Assembly: GCA_964016885.1 (NCBI GenBank)
Contig: OZ024744.1
Coordinates: 107,942,001-108,006,000, forward strand
Reading direction: 5' to 3'
Source of the DNA: Eledone cirrhosa
Taxonomy: Eukaryota
Length of the DNA stretch: 64,000 nucleotides
Below the pieces are notes generated by a model. The model was not told the DNA's origin, searched no databases, and worked only from the letters and a program-made list of their open reading frames with translations. Numbering within the stretch: the first letter of the stretch is position 1; every line of letters begins with the position of its first letter. Below are positions 37,663-50,200 of the stretch, piece after piece. Made by a program: the position numbers and the translations under genes.

Positions 37663-40600
37663 CTTGACCGACCAGTCTGTCGGGCGTCCATTCAGCGCCG
37701 CTAGTCACAGCACGCCGTCCATTCCTCATCCATGTAGTCCCAATCGTATTCTTAAAATCGTAACTCCACCCTCGTGGAGGCCGTCCGAGTGGTCGTTTCC
37801 GCTCGAGCAGGTACCACTCGGCAACTGCGCGCGTCCACCGATTATCGGTGAACCGGGCGACGTGTCCAGCCCATCTGAACTTGCTGCACATATATTCCGT
37901 GATGACGTCCCTCACGCCGGACTTCTGTCTGATGACTTCGCTCCTGGTGTGCTCTCTCAACGAGATTCCTAGCATTGATCCCTCCATGGCTCTTTGAGCC
38001 ATTACCAGCCTCTGCTCTTCTCTCTTCGTTGTAGCCCAAGTTTCACTGCCATATAACATTGCAGGTAAAACTGTGCTATTGAAGAGGTTGGCGCGGGTGG
38101 TCTTGTCTAACCTCCCCTTGAGCACACCCCTTATGCCTTTGAACGCCTTCCATCCGGCCCTTACTCTCCACGAGATCTCCCTCTCAATGTCTCGGCACAT
38201 ATTCACTTCTTGTCCCAGGTAGACGTATTCCTCCACCTCCTCTATCTCATCACTGCCAACCACCATTCGACCTGTTGGTACGTTGTCGGTTCATCTTGAG
38301 GCCTACTGCAGAGCTTTTGATGTCGAGCTCTGTCAGCATGGTCTGAAGTTGATCCGTGGTTTCAGCGATGAGTACGATGTCATCAGCGAAACGGAGGTGG
38401 GTAAGTATCTCGCCATTGATATTGACACCGCCTTGCCAGTCAATGCCTCTGATGATCTGCTCGAGACACGCGGTGAAAAATTTTGGAGAGATCGTATCTC
38501 CTTGCTTCACTCCCTTCTCGACCGGCACTCGTACGGGTGATGACAACAGAGCTATGTCGGGGGTGCATCCGGAACTCGCCTCCTGAGCAGTTGAACGTAT
38601 TGCGCCTCGACTCCTTGCCTCTGCAGCGAGTTCAGCACTGCGTTGATTTCGACGCTGTCGAAGGCCTTCTCGTAGTCTACGAACGCGACGCAAAGAGGCA
38701 TCTTGTACTCTTTTGATCGTTCAAGCAGTTGTGTCAGAGTAAATATGTGGTCCATTGTGCTGTAGTTTTTCCGGAAGCCGGCTTGCTCTCTCGGTTGCTG
38801 CTTGTCCAGATGACGTGATAACCTGTTCAGGATTATCTTCGTGAACAGCTTGTACACGTGAGACAGCAGCATATGGGTCAGTAGTTCTTCAGATCTTCTC
38901 TATCGTCCTTCTTGTATAGCAGGATGGTATTCGACTCTTTCCACTGCGAGGGTATTCTTCCCTCGTCCAGATAGTGTGTGAATCGCTCGGCGAGGATTTT
39001 CCAGAGCTGCTCTCCGCCTGACTTCAACACCTCCGATGTTATGCCGTCTTTCCCTGGTGCCTTTCCGCTTTTCATCAAGCCGACGGCTCTTTCGACCTCA
39101 CCGACAAGGATGGGTGGCTCATTTTCTTACTCTTGGAGTGACGGCAACGGCTTGAAGTGCTTGGTGTAGAAGTTTTCGCAAACCTTTTCCACCTCACTCT
39201 TGTCACCGACCGGTACTCCAGCTGTGTTTTTTTCAGGGTCGTCACCTTCGATCTGTACATTGTCATGTCCCTCTCGCATTTATGGAGGCTCTTCTTTTCC
39301 TTTGCGGCCGTCAGGAGCTTCTCCATCTGGTATGCCTCGAAGTCTCTCTTCAGTTGTTGACGTATCACTCTGCTGAGAAGGGAATATTCGAGGTGATCTT
39401 CAGGTGTCTTCTTCATATACTTCCTCTTCTCAAGCAACTTCATAGTTTCCTCCGAGACTCTTCCTTTCCGCTCCCTCGGGCACACACCCTTAGCCTTCCT
39501 CAAGCACTCCTTCAGTTACCTTATCAGTGAGTCGTAGTCAGCGTCTATGCCGTCTCCTTGATGCCACTTTTCCTCTGCATAATGGCTTCCTGCAGCTGCG
39601 CCTCGTTGAAGACCCGGCCGCGTTCTCCCTTCGACGCCAAATGCAGCGCCTTCTTCTCCCCTCGTCCGGTCGATGACGACCTTCGCCCTCACCAGACGAT
39701 TATCACTGCCAGTGTTGAATGGCGTTATGACGGAGACGTCCTGTAGTATGTGTTGCTTGTCGACCAAGATGTAGTCAATCTCGTTTCGGTGCTCAGAATT
39801 TGGCGATACCCAGGTCCATCTCTTCTCCTTCTTCTTCCTGAATAGGCTGTTTCCGATGTAGAGCCGTCTCGCCTCCGCCATGGTGACCAGACACTCTCCT
39901 CTCTCATTTCGCTCTTCTAGGCCGAATCTTCCGACATATTCTTCCCCTTGCCGGCCTTGTCCGACTTTTGCGTTGAAGTCTCCCATCACGACGGTGTAAG
40001 TGGACTTCACAGCTAGCACTTTGTCTAGCTGGCGATAGAATTCTTCCACCTCATCGTCGTCGCTGGCACTTGTGGGAGCGTAGGTCTGGACGATCTTGAG
40101 GGTGGCCTTCCCTGAGAGGTTCACGTTCAGTACACCAATCCGTGACGATATGAACTGCAAGAAGCGACCTTTGAAGCCCATTCCTTGCTTACGATGAGCC
40201 CCTATACCTCCGACCGATCTGGTACCCTCTGCTTTCCCGAGTCTCAAGGCGCATCCATCTTGCCATCGCGAACTCGCCTCCTTCTTCTGGCGGGTCTCTC
40301 ACAGTCCTAACACGTCGCCCCTGATCTTCTTCTTCTCCTCCATTAGGTAGTTCAGTCCTTGCCCCCCTGCCAAAGACCTGCAGTTGTAGGTGCATATGGC
40401 AAGGTTAGTCCTGTTCCTTGGCGGCATTCGGGAACCTGTGATTCTTAGCAGCCTCTCGTCGCTCGGGTAGCACTCCGCCGTCGTGGAGTGACCGATTGAC
40501 GCGCAGGGTACTGAGGCCCTTCGTGCTGTTTTAACCATAAGATGACGCCATCCCACTGGCTGGGCGGGCAGGCCGGTACCTCTTCAGTTTAGCTGGCTTT

Positions 40601-40762
40601 TGAACGCTAGAAGATGATGAATCATCTCTAGGACCAATAGTCTGATACCTGGTGTAGCATGGTAAAACCTGCCAGGACATTGAGTCCCGCTACCATAGAT
40701 ATCAGACAGCCAGGGTCACCCCTGCGTCACTTTTGAGGCATTGACGTAGGATTTTGCAGAGG
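37659..40762 (-). mobile_element. RTE-clade LINE, near full-length, degraded
   Basis: ICTYNCRSL, YAPTS, GDFNAKVG, EIDYIL; KAPGKDG, EQAGFR, VDYEKAFD, GVKQGD, LRFADD, YVYLG, RWAGHVAR; multiple frameshifts. Confidence 0.9.
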
Positions 40763-40798
<36 letters not shown>

Positions 40799-40861
40799 TA
40801 TATCACCTTCTACTACAACGTAATATAATATCTGTATACAACAACTACAAAACTACAACGG

Positions 40862-41012
40862 TACGCGATGGGGGCCCACCCCACAACCCCGGCGGACAGA
40901 ATGGAGAAGGCGTTTCCCTGGAGGACGGCGAGGGAGACGCGCTGGAAAAGCCACTCCAACTCGTGGGGCTCACACCTGCGGCTGGGCCAGCTCAGCGCCT
41001 ATGGTGGTGAGT
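40862..41012 (-). mobile_element. CRE-clade extreme 3' fragment (different subfamily)
   Basis: Minus-strand translation ELEWLFQRVSLAVLQGNAFSILSAG matches WLFQCISLAITRGNAASML of 287-1336. Confidence 0.75.
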
Positions 41013-41212
41013 NNNNNNNNNNNNNNNNNNNNNNNNNNNNNNNNNNNNNNNNNNNNNNNNNNNNNNNNNNNNNNNNNNNNNNNNNNNNNNNNNNNNNNNN
41101 NNNNNNNNNNNNNNNNNNNNNNNNNNNNNNNNNNNNNNNNNNNNNNNNNNNNNNNNNNNNNNNNNNNNNNNNNNNNNNNNNNNNNNNNNNNNNNNNNNNN
41201 NNNNNNNNNNNN
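41013..41212. other. Assembly gap (200 N)
   Basis: Run of N. Confidence 1.
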
Positions 41213-44200
41213 GTGTCAGTGGTGGTGGTGTCCAGTGGTGGTGGTGACAGTGGTGGGTGGTGTCAGTGGTGGTGGTGACAGTGGTGGTGGTGTCAGTGAT
41301 GGTGGTGCTGGTGTGGTGTTAGTGGTGGTTGTGTCACGTGCCTGGGTGTGTGTCAGGTGGTGGTGTCGCAGTGGTGGTGGTGACAGTGTGGTGGTGTGGT
41401 GTCAGTGGTGGTGGTGACAGTGGTGGTGGTGTCAGTGGTGGTGGTGACAGTGGTGGTGTGGTGTCAGTGGTGGTGGTGACAGTGTGGTGGTGTCAGTGGT
41501 GGTGGTGTCAGTGGTGGTGGTGTCAGTGGTGGTGGTGTCAGTGGTGGTGTGTCAGTGCTGGTGGTGTCAGTGGTGGTGGTGTCAGTGGTGGTGGTGTCAG
41601 TGGTGGTGGTGTCAGTGGTGGTGGTGTCAGTGGTGGTGGTGTCAGTGGTGGTGGTGTCAGTGGTGGTGGTGTCAGTGGTGGTGTGTCAGTGGTGGTGGTG
41701 TCAGTGGTGGTGTCAGTGGTGGTGTGTCAGTGGTGGTGGTGTCAGTGGTGGTGGTGTCAGTGGTGGTGGTGTCAGTGGTGGTGGTGTCAGTGGTGGTGGT
41801 GTCAGTGGTGGTGGTGTCAGTGGTGGTGGTGTCAGTGGTGGTGGTGTCAGTGGTGGTGGTGTCAGTGGTGGTGGTGTCAGTGAGTAGTGGTGGTGTCAGT
41901 GTGGTGGTGTCAGTGGTGGTGGTGACAGTGTTGGTGGTGTCAGTGGTGGTGGTGTCAGTGGTGGTGGTGTCAGTGGTGGTGGTGTCAGTGGTGGTGGTGT
42001 CAGTGGTGGTGGTGTCAGTGGTGGTGGTGTCAGTGGTGGTGGTGTCAGTGGTGGTGGTGTCAGTGGTGTGGTGTCAGTGTGTGGTGTCAGTGATGGTGGT
42101 GTCAGTGGTGGTGGTGTCAGTGGTGGTGGTGTCAGTGGTGGTGGTGTCAGTGGTGGTGGTGTCAGTGGTGGTGGTGTCAGTGGTGGTGGTGTCAGTGGTG
42201 GTGGTGTCAGTGGTGGTGGTGTCAGTGGTGGTGGTGTCAGGTGTGGTGTCAGTGGTGGTGGTGTCAGTGGTGGTGGTGTCAGTGGTGGTGGTGTCAGTGG
42301 TGGTGGTGTCAGTGGTGGTGGTGTCAGTGGTGGTGGTGTCAGTGGTGGTGGTGTCAGTGGTGGTGGTGTCAGTGGTGGTGGTGTCAGTGGTGGTGGTGTC
42401 AGTGGTGGTGGTGTCAGTGTGGTGGTGTCAGTGGTGGTGGTGTCAGTGGTGGTGGTGTCAGTGGTGGTGGTGTCAGTGGTGGTGGTGTCAGTGGTGGTGG
42501 TGTCAGTGGTGGTGGTGTCAGTGGTGGTGGTGTCAGTGGGTGGTGGTGTCAGTGGTGGTGGTGTCAGTGGTGGTGGTGTCAGTGGTGGTGGTGTCAGTGG
42601 GTGGTCTGGTGGTGTCAGTGGTGGTGGTGTCAGTGGTGGTGGTGTCAGGGTGGTGGTGTCAGTGGTGGTGGTGTCAGTGGGTGGTGTCAGTGGTGGTGGT
42701 GTCAGTGGGTGGGTCAGGTGGTGTCAGTGGTGGTGGTGTCAGTGGTGGTGGTGTCAGTGGTGGTGGTGTCAGTGGTGGTGGTGTCAGTGGTGGTGGTGTG
42801 GGGTGTCAGTGGTGGTGGTGGTGGTGTGGTCAGTGGTGGTGGTGTCAGTGGGTGGTGGTGTCAGGTGGTGGTGGTGTCAGTGGTGGTGTCAGTGGTGGTG
42901 TCAGTGGTGGTGGTGTCAGTGGTGGTGGTGACAGTGGTGGTGGTGTCAGTGGTGGTGTCAGTGGTGGTGGTGTCAGTGGTGGTGGTGTCAGTGGTGGTGG
43001 TGTCAGTGGTGGTGGTGTCAGTGGTGGTGGTGTCAGTGGTGGTGTCAGTGGTGGTGGTGTCAGTGGTGGTGGTGCTGGTGTCAGTGATGGTGGTGTCAGT
43101 GATGGTGGTGTCAGTGGTGGTGGTGTCAGTGGTGGTGGTGTCAGTGGTGGTGGTGTCAGTGATGGTGGTGCTGGTGTCAGTGGTGGTGGTGTCAGTGGTG
43201 GTGGCGTCAGTGGTGGTGGTGTCAGTGGTGGTGGTGTCAGTGGTGGTGGTGACAGTGGTGGTGGTGGTGTCAGTGGTGGTGGTGTCAGTGGTGTGGTGGT
43301 GTCAGAGGTGGTGGTGTCAGTGGTGGTGGTTGTCAGTGGTGGTGGTGTCAGTGGTGGTGCGGTGTCAGTGGTGGTGGTGTCAGTGGTGGTGGTGGTGTCA
43401 GTGGTGGTGGTGGTGTCAGTGGTGGTGGTGTCAGTGGTGGTGGTGCTGGTGTCAGTGGTGGTGGTGTCAGTGGTGGTGGTGTCAGTGGTGGTGGGGTGTC
43501 AGTGGTGGTGGTGTCAGTGGTGGTGGTGGTGTCAGTGGTGGTGGTGTCAGTGGTGGTGGTGTCAGTGGTGGTGGTGGTGTCAGTGTTGGTGGTGTCAGTG
43601 GTGGTGGTGACAGTGGTGGTGGTGGTGTCAGTGGTGGTGGTGTCAGTGGTGGTGGTGGTGTCAGTGGTGGTGGTGTCAGTGGTGGTGGTGGTGTCAGTGG
43701 TGGTGGTGTCAGTGGTGGTGGTGTCAGTGGTGGTGGTGGTGTCAGTGGTGGTGGTGTTAGTGGTGGTGGTGGTGTCAGTGGTGGTGGTGGTGTCAGTGGT
43801 GGTGGTGTCAGTGGTGGTGGTGTCAGTGGTGGTGGTGTCAGTGGTGGTGGTGTCAGTGGTGGTGGTGGTGTCAGTGGTGGTGGTGTGTCAGTGGTGGTGG
43901 TGGTGTCAGTGGTGGTGGTGTCAGTGGTGGTGGTGTCAGTGGTGGTGGTGGTGTCAGTGGTGGTGGTGTCAGTGGTGGTGGTGGTGTCAGTGGTGTGGTG
44001 GTGTCAGTGGTGGTGGTGTCAGTGGTGGTGGTGTCAGTGGTGGTGGTGTCAGTGGTGCTGGTGGTGTCAGTGGTGGTGGTGTCAGTGGTGGTGGTGTTCA
44101 GTGGTGGTGGTGGTGTCAGTGGTGGTGGTGTCAGTGGTGGTGGTGGTGTCAGTGGTGGTGGTGTCAGTGGTGGTGGTGGTGTCAGTGGTGGTGGTGGTGT

Positions 44201-47200
44201 CAGTGGTGGTGGTGTCAGTGGTGGTGGTGTCAGTGGTGGTGGTGGTGTCAGTGGTGGTGGTGGTGTCAGTGGTGGTGGTGTCAGTGGTGGTGGTGGTGTC
44301 AGTGGTGGTGGTGTCAGTGGTGGTGGTGTCAGTGGTGGTGGTGTCAGTGGTGGTGGTGTCAGTGGTGGTGGTGGTGTCAGTGGTGTGTGGTGTCAGTGGT
44401 GTGGTGTCAGTGGTGGTGGTGTCAGTGGTGGTGGTGTCAGTGGTGGTGGTGGTGTCAGTGGTGGTGGTGTCAGTGGTGGTGGTGTCAGTGGTGGTGGTGT
44501 CAGTGGTGGTGGTGTCAGTGGTGGTGGTGGTGTCAGTGTGGTGGTGGTGTCAGTGGTGGTGGTGTCAGTGGTGGTGGTGTCAGTGGTGGTGGTGTCAGTG
44601 GTGGTGGTGTCAGTGGTGGTGGTGTCAGTGGTGGTGGTGTCAGTGGTGGTGGTGTCAGTGGTGGTGGTGTCAGTGGTGGTGGTGTCAGTGGTGGTGGTGG
44701 TGTAGTGGTGGTGGTTGTGTCAGTGGTGGTGGTGTCAGTGGTGGTGGTGTCAGTGGTGGTGGTGGTGTCAGTGGTGGTGGTGTCAGTGGTGGTGGTGTCA
44801 GTGGTGGTGGTGTCAGTGGTGGTGGTGTCAGTGGTGGTGTCAGTGATGGTGGTGTCAGTGGTGGTGGTGTCAGTGGTGGTGGTGTCAGTGGTGGTGGTGT
44901 CAGTGGTGGTGGTGTCAGTGGTGGTGGTGTCAGTGGTGGTGGTGTCAGTGGTGGTGGTGTCAGTGGTGGTGGTGTCAGTGGTGGTGGTGTCAGTGGTGGT
45001 GGTGTCGGTGGTGGTGGTGTCAGTGGTGGTGGTGTCAGTGATGGTGGTGTCAGTGGTGGTGGTGTCAGTGGTGGTGGTGTCAGTGGTGGTGGTGTCAGTG
45101 GTGGTGGTGACAGTGGTGGTGGTGTCAGTGGTGGTGGTGTCAGTGGTGGTGGTGGTGTCAGTGGTGGTGGTGGTGTCAGTGGTGGTGATGTCAGTGGTGG
45201 TGGTGTCAGTGGTGGTGGTGTCAGTGGTGGTGGTGTCAGTGGTGGTGGTGTCAGTGATTGTGGTGTCAGTGGTGGTGATGACAGTGGTGGTGGTGTCAGT
45301 GGTGGTGGTGTCAGTGGTGGTGGTGTCAGTGGTGGTGGTGTCAGTGGTGGTGGTGTCAGTGGTGGTGGTGTCAGTGGTGGTGGTGTCAGTGGTGGTGGTG
45401 TCAGTGGTGGTGGCGTCAGTGGTGGTGGTGTCAGTGTTGGTGGTGTCAGTGGTGGTGGTGTCAGTGGTGGTGGTGGTGGTGTCAGTGGTGGTGGTGTCAG
45501 TGGTGGTGGTGTCAGTGGTGGTGGTGTCAGTGGTGGTGGTGTCAGTGGTGGTGGTGTCAGTGATGGTGGTGTCAGTGGTGGTGGTGTCAGTGGTGGTGGT
45601 GTCAGTGGTGGTGGTGTCAGTGGTGGTGGTGTCAGTGGTGGTGGTGTCAGTGGTGGTGGTGTCAGTGGTGGTGGTGTCAGTGATGGTGGTGTCAGTGGTG
45701 GTGGTGTCAGTGGTGGTGGTGTCAGTGGTGGTGGTGTCAGTGATGGTGGTGTCAGTGGTGGTGGTGTCAGTGGTGGTGGTGTCAGTGGTGGTGGTGTCAG
45801 TGGTGGTGGTGTCAGTGATGGTGGTGTCAGTGGTGGTGGTGTCAGTGGTGGTGGTGTCAGTGGTGGTGGTGTCAGTGGTGGTGGTGACAGTGGTGGTGGT
45901 GTCAGTGGTGGTGGTGTCAGTGATGGTGGTGCTGGTGTCAGTGGTGGTGGTGTCAGTGGTGGTGGTGCTGGTTTCAGTGGTGGTGGTGTCAGTGGTGGTG
46001 GTGACAGTGGTGGTGGTGTCAGTGGTGGTGGTGTCAGTGGTGGTGGTGTCAGTGATGGTGGTGTCAGTGATGGTGGTGTCAGTGGTGGTGGTGTCAGTGA
46101 TGGTGGTGTCAGTGATGGTGGTGACAGTGGTGGTGGTGTCAGTGATGGTGGTGCTGGTGTCAGTGGTGGTGGTGTCAGTGGTGGTGGTGTCAGTGATGGT
46201 GGTGTCAGTGATGGTGGTGACAGTGGTGGTGTCAGTGGTGGTGGTGTCAGTGGTGGCGGTGTCAGTGGTGGTGGTGACAGTGGTGGTGGTGTCAGTGGTG
46301 GTGGTGTCAGTGGTGGTGGTGTCAGTGATGGTGGTGTCAGTGGTGGTTGTGTCAGTAATGGTGGTGTCAGTGATGGTGGTGACAGTGGTGGTGTCAGTGG
46401 TGGTGGTGTCAGTGGTGGCGGTGTCAGTGGTGGTGGTGACAGTGGTGGTGGTGTCAGTGGTGGTGGTGTCAGTGGTGGTGGTGTCAGTGATGGTGGTGTC
46501 AGTGGTGGTTGTGTCAGTGATGGTGGTGTCAGTGATGGTGGTGACAGTGGTGGTGGTGTCAGTGATGGTGGTGCTGGTGTCAGTGGTGGTGGTGTCAGTG
46601 GTGGTGGTGTCAGTGATGGTGGTGTCAGTGATGGTGGTGACAGTGGTGGTGGTGTCAGTGGTGGTGGTGACAGTGGTGGTGGTGTCAGTGGTGGTGGTGT
46701 CAGTGATGGTGGTGCTGGTGTCAGTGGTGGTGGTGTCAGTGGTGGTGGTGACAGTGGTGGTGGTGTCAGTGGTGGTGGTGTCAGTGGTGGTGGTGACAGT
46801 GGTGGTGGTGTCAGTGATGGTGGTGACAGTGGTGGTGGTGTCAGTGATGGTGGTGCTGGTGTCAGTGGTGGTGGTGTCAGTGGTGGTGGTGACAGTGGTG
46901 GTGGTGTCAGTGGTGGTGGTGTCAGTGATGGTTGTGACAGTGGTGGTGGTGTCAGTGGTGGTGGTGTCAGTGGTGGTGGTGTCAGTGGTGGTGGTGACAG
47001 TGGTGGTGGTGTCAGTGATGGTGGTGACAGTGGTGGTGGTGTCAGTGGTGGTGGTGACAGTGGTGCTGGTGTCAGTGGTGGTGGTGTCAGTGGTGTCAGT
47101 GATGGTGGTGCTGGTGTCAGTGGTGGTGGTGTCAGTGGTGGTGGTGACAGTGGTGGTGGTGTCAGTGGTGGTGGTGTCAGTGGTGGTGGTGACAGTGGTG

Positions 47201-50200
47201 GTGGTGTCAGTGGTGGTGGTGTCAGTGATGGTGGTGCTGGTGTCAGTGGTGGTGGTGTCAGTGGTGGTGGTGAAAGTGGTGGTGGTGTCAGTGGTGGTGG
47301 TGACAGTGGTGGTGGTGTCAGTGATGGTGGTGCTGGTGTCAGTGGTGGTGGTGTCAGTGGTGGTGGTGACAGTGGTGGTGGTGTCAGTGGTGGTGGTGTC
47401 AGTGATGGTGGTGGTGGTGTCAGTGGTGGTGGTGTCAGTGGTGGTGGTGACAGTGGTGGTGGTGTCAGTGGTGGTGGTGTCAGTGATGGTGGTGCTGGTG
47501 TCAGTGGTGGTGGTGACAGTGGTGGTGGTGTCAGTGGTGGTGGTGTCAGTGGTGGTGGTGTCAGTGGTGGTGGTGTCAGTGGTGGTGGTGACAGTGGTGG
47601 TGGTGTCAGTGGTGGTGGTGTCAGTGGTGGTGGTGTCAGTGGTGGTGGTGTCAGTGGTGGTGGTGTCAGTGGTGGTGGTGTCAGTGGTGGTGGTGTCAGT
47701 GGTGGTGGTGTCAGTGGTGGTGGTGTCAGTGGTGGTGGTGTCAGTGGTGGTGGTGTCAGTGATGGTGGTGACAGTGGTGGTGGTGTCAGTTGTGGTGGTG
47801 TCAGTGATGGTGGTGACAGTGGTGGTGGTGTCAGTGGTGGTGGTGTCAGTGGTGGTGGTGTCAGTGGTGGTGGTGACAGTGGTGGTGGTGTCAGTGGTGG
47901 TGGTGTCAGTGATGGTGGTGGTGGTGTCAGTGGTGGTGGTGTCAGTGGTGGTGGTGTCAGTGATGGTGGTGCTGGTGTCAGTGGTGTTGGTGTTAGTGGT
48001 GGTGGTGTCAGTGATGGTGGTGTCAGTGGTGGTGGTGTCAGTGGTGGTGTCATTGGTGGTGGTGTCAGTGGTGGTGGTGTCAGTGATGGTGGTGTCAGTG
48101 GTGGTGGTGTCAGTGATGGTGGTGCTGGTGTCAGTGGTGGTGGTGTCAGTGGTGGTGGTGTCAGTGATGGTGGTGACAGTGGTGGTGGTGTCAGTGGTGG
48201 TGGTGTCAGTGGTGGTGGTGTCAGTGGTGGTGGTGTCAGTGGTGGTGGTGTCAGTGATGGTGGTGACAGTGGTGGTGGTGTCAGTGGTGGTGGTGTCAGT
48301 GGTGGTGGTGTCAGTGGTGGTGTCAGTGGTGGTGGTGTCAGTGGTGGTGGTGTCAGTGGTGGTGGTGTCAGTGGTGGTGGTGTCAGTGATGGTGGTGTCA
48401 GTGGTGGTGGTGTCAGTGGTGGTGGTGTCAGTGGTGGTGGTGTCAGTGGTGGTGGTGTCAGTGGTGGTGGTGTCAGTGGTGGTGGTGTCAGTGGTGGTGG
48501 TGTCAGTGGTGGTGGTGTCAGTGGTGGTGTCAGTGGTGGTGGTGTCAGTGGTGGTGGTGTCAGTGGTGGTGGTGTCAGTGGTGGTGGTGTCAGTGGTGGT
48601 GTCAGTGGTGGTGGTGTCAGTGGTGGTGGTGTCAGTGGTGGTGGTGTCAGTGGTGGTGGTGTCAGTGGTGGTGGTGTCAGTGGTGGTGGTGTCAGTGGTG
48701 GTGTCAGTGGTGGTGGTGTCAGTGGTGGTGGTGACAGTGGTGGTGGTGGTGTCAGTGGTGGTGGTGTCAGTGGTGGTGGTGGTGTCAGTGGTGGTGGTGT
48801 CAGTGGTGGTGGTGGTGTCAGTGGTGGTGGTGGTGTCAGTGGTGGTGGTGGTGTCAGTGGTGGTGGTGCTGGTGTCAGTGGTGGTGGTGTCAGTGGTGGT
48901 GGTGCTGGTGTCAGTGGTGGTGGTGTCAGTGGTGGTGGTGACAGTGGTGGTGGTGTCAGTGGTGGTGGTGTCAGTGATGGTGGTGTCAGTGGTGGTGGTG
49001 TCAGTGGTGGTGGTGTCAGTGGTGGTGGTGTCAGTGGTGGTGGTGACAGTGGTGGTGGTGTCAGTGGTGGTGGTGTCAGTGATGGTGGTGCTGGTGTCAG
49101 TGGTGGTGGTGTCAGTGGTGGTGGTGCTGGTGTCAGTGGTGGTGGTGTCAGTGGTGGTGGTGACAGTGGTGGTGGTGTCAGTGGTGGTGGTGTCAGTGGT
49201 GGTGGGGTCAGTGATGGTGGTGTCAGTGATGGTGGTGTCAGTGGTGGTGGTGTCAGTGATGGTGGTGTCAGTGATGGTGGTGAAAGTGGTGGTGGTGTCA
49301 GTGATGGTGGTGCTGGTGTCAGTGGTGGTGGTGTCAGTGGTGGTGGTGTCAGTGATGGTGGTGTCAGTGATGGTGGTGACAGTGGTGGTGTCAGTGGTGG
49401 TGGTGTCAGTGGTGGCGGTGTCAGTGGTGGTGGTGACAGTGGTGGTGGTGTCAGTGGTGGTGGTGTCAGTGGTGGTGGTGTCAGTGATGGTGGTGTCAGT
49501 GGTGGTTGTGTCAGTGATGGTGGTGTCAGTGATGGTGGTGACAGTGGTGGTGTCAGTGGTGGTGGTGTCAGTGGTGGCGGTGTCAGTGGTGGTGGTGACA
49601 GTGGTGGTGGTGTCAGTGGTGGTGGTGTCAGTGGTGGTGGTGTCAGTGATGGTGGTGTCAGTGGTGGTTGTGTCAGTGATGGTGGTGTCAGTGATGGTGG
49701 TGACAGTGGTGGTGGTGTCAGTGATGGTGGTGCTGGTGTCAGTGGTGGTGGTGTCAGTGGTGGTGGTGTCAGTGATGGTGGTGTCAGTGATGGTGGTGAC
49801 AGTGGTGGTGGTGTCAGTGGTGGTGGTGACAGTGGTGGTGGTGTCAGTGGTGGTGGTGTCAGTGATGGTGGTGCTGGTGTCAGTGGTGGTGGTGTCAGTG
49901 GTGGTGGTGACAGTGGTGGTGGTGTCAGTGGTGGTGGTGTCAGTGGTGGTGGTGACAGTGGTGGTGGTGTCAGTGATGGTGGTGACAGTGGTGGTGGTGT
50001 CAGTGATGGTGGTGCTGGTGTCAGTGGTGGTGGTGTCAGTGGTGGTGGTGACAGTGGTGGTGGTGTCAGTGGTGGTGGTGTCAGTGATGGTGGTGACAGT
50101 GGTGGTGGTGTCAGTGGTGGTGGTGTCAGTGGTGGTGGTGTCAGTGGTGGTGGTGACAGTGGTGGTGGTGTCAGTGATGGTGGTGACAGTGGTGGTGGTG

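Noticed and set aside
40868-41012. GC-rich segment ending in GTGAGT as a host exon with a splice donor
   Set aside because: The minus strand encodes a CRE retrotransposon C-terminus
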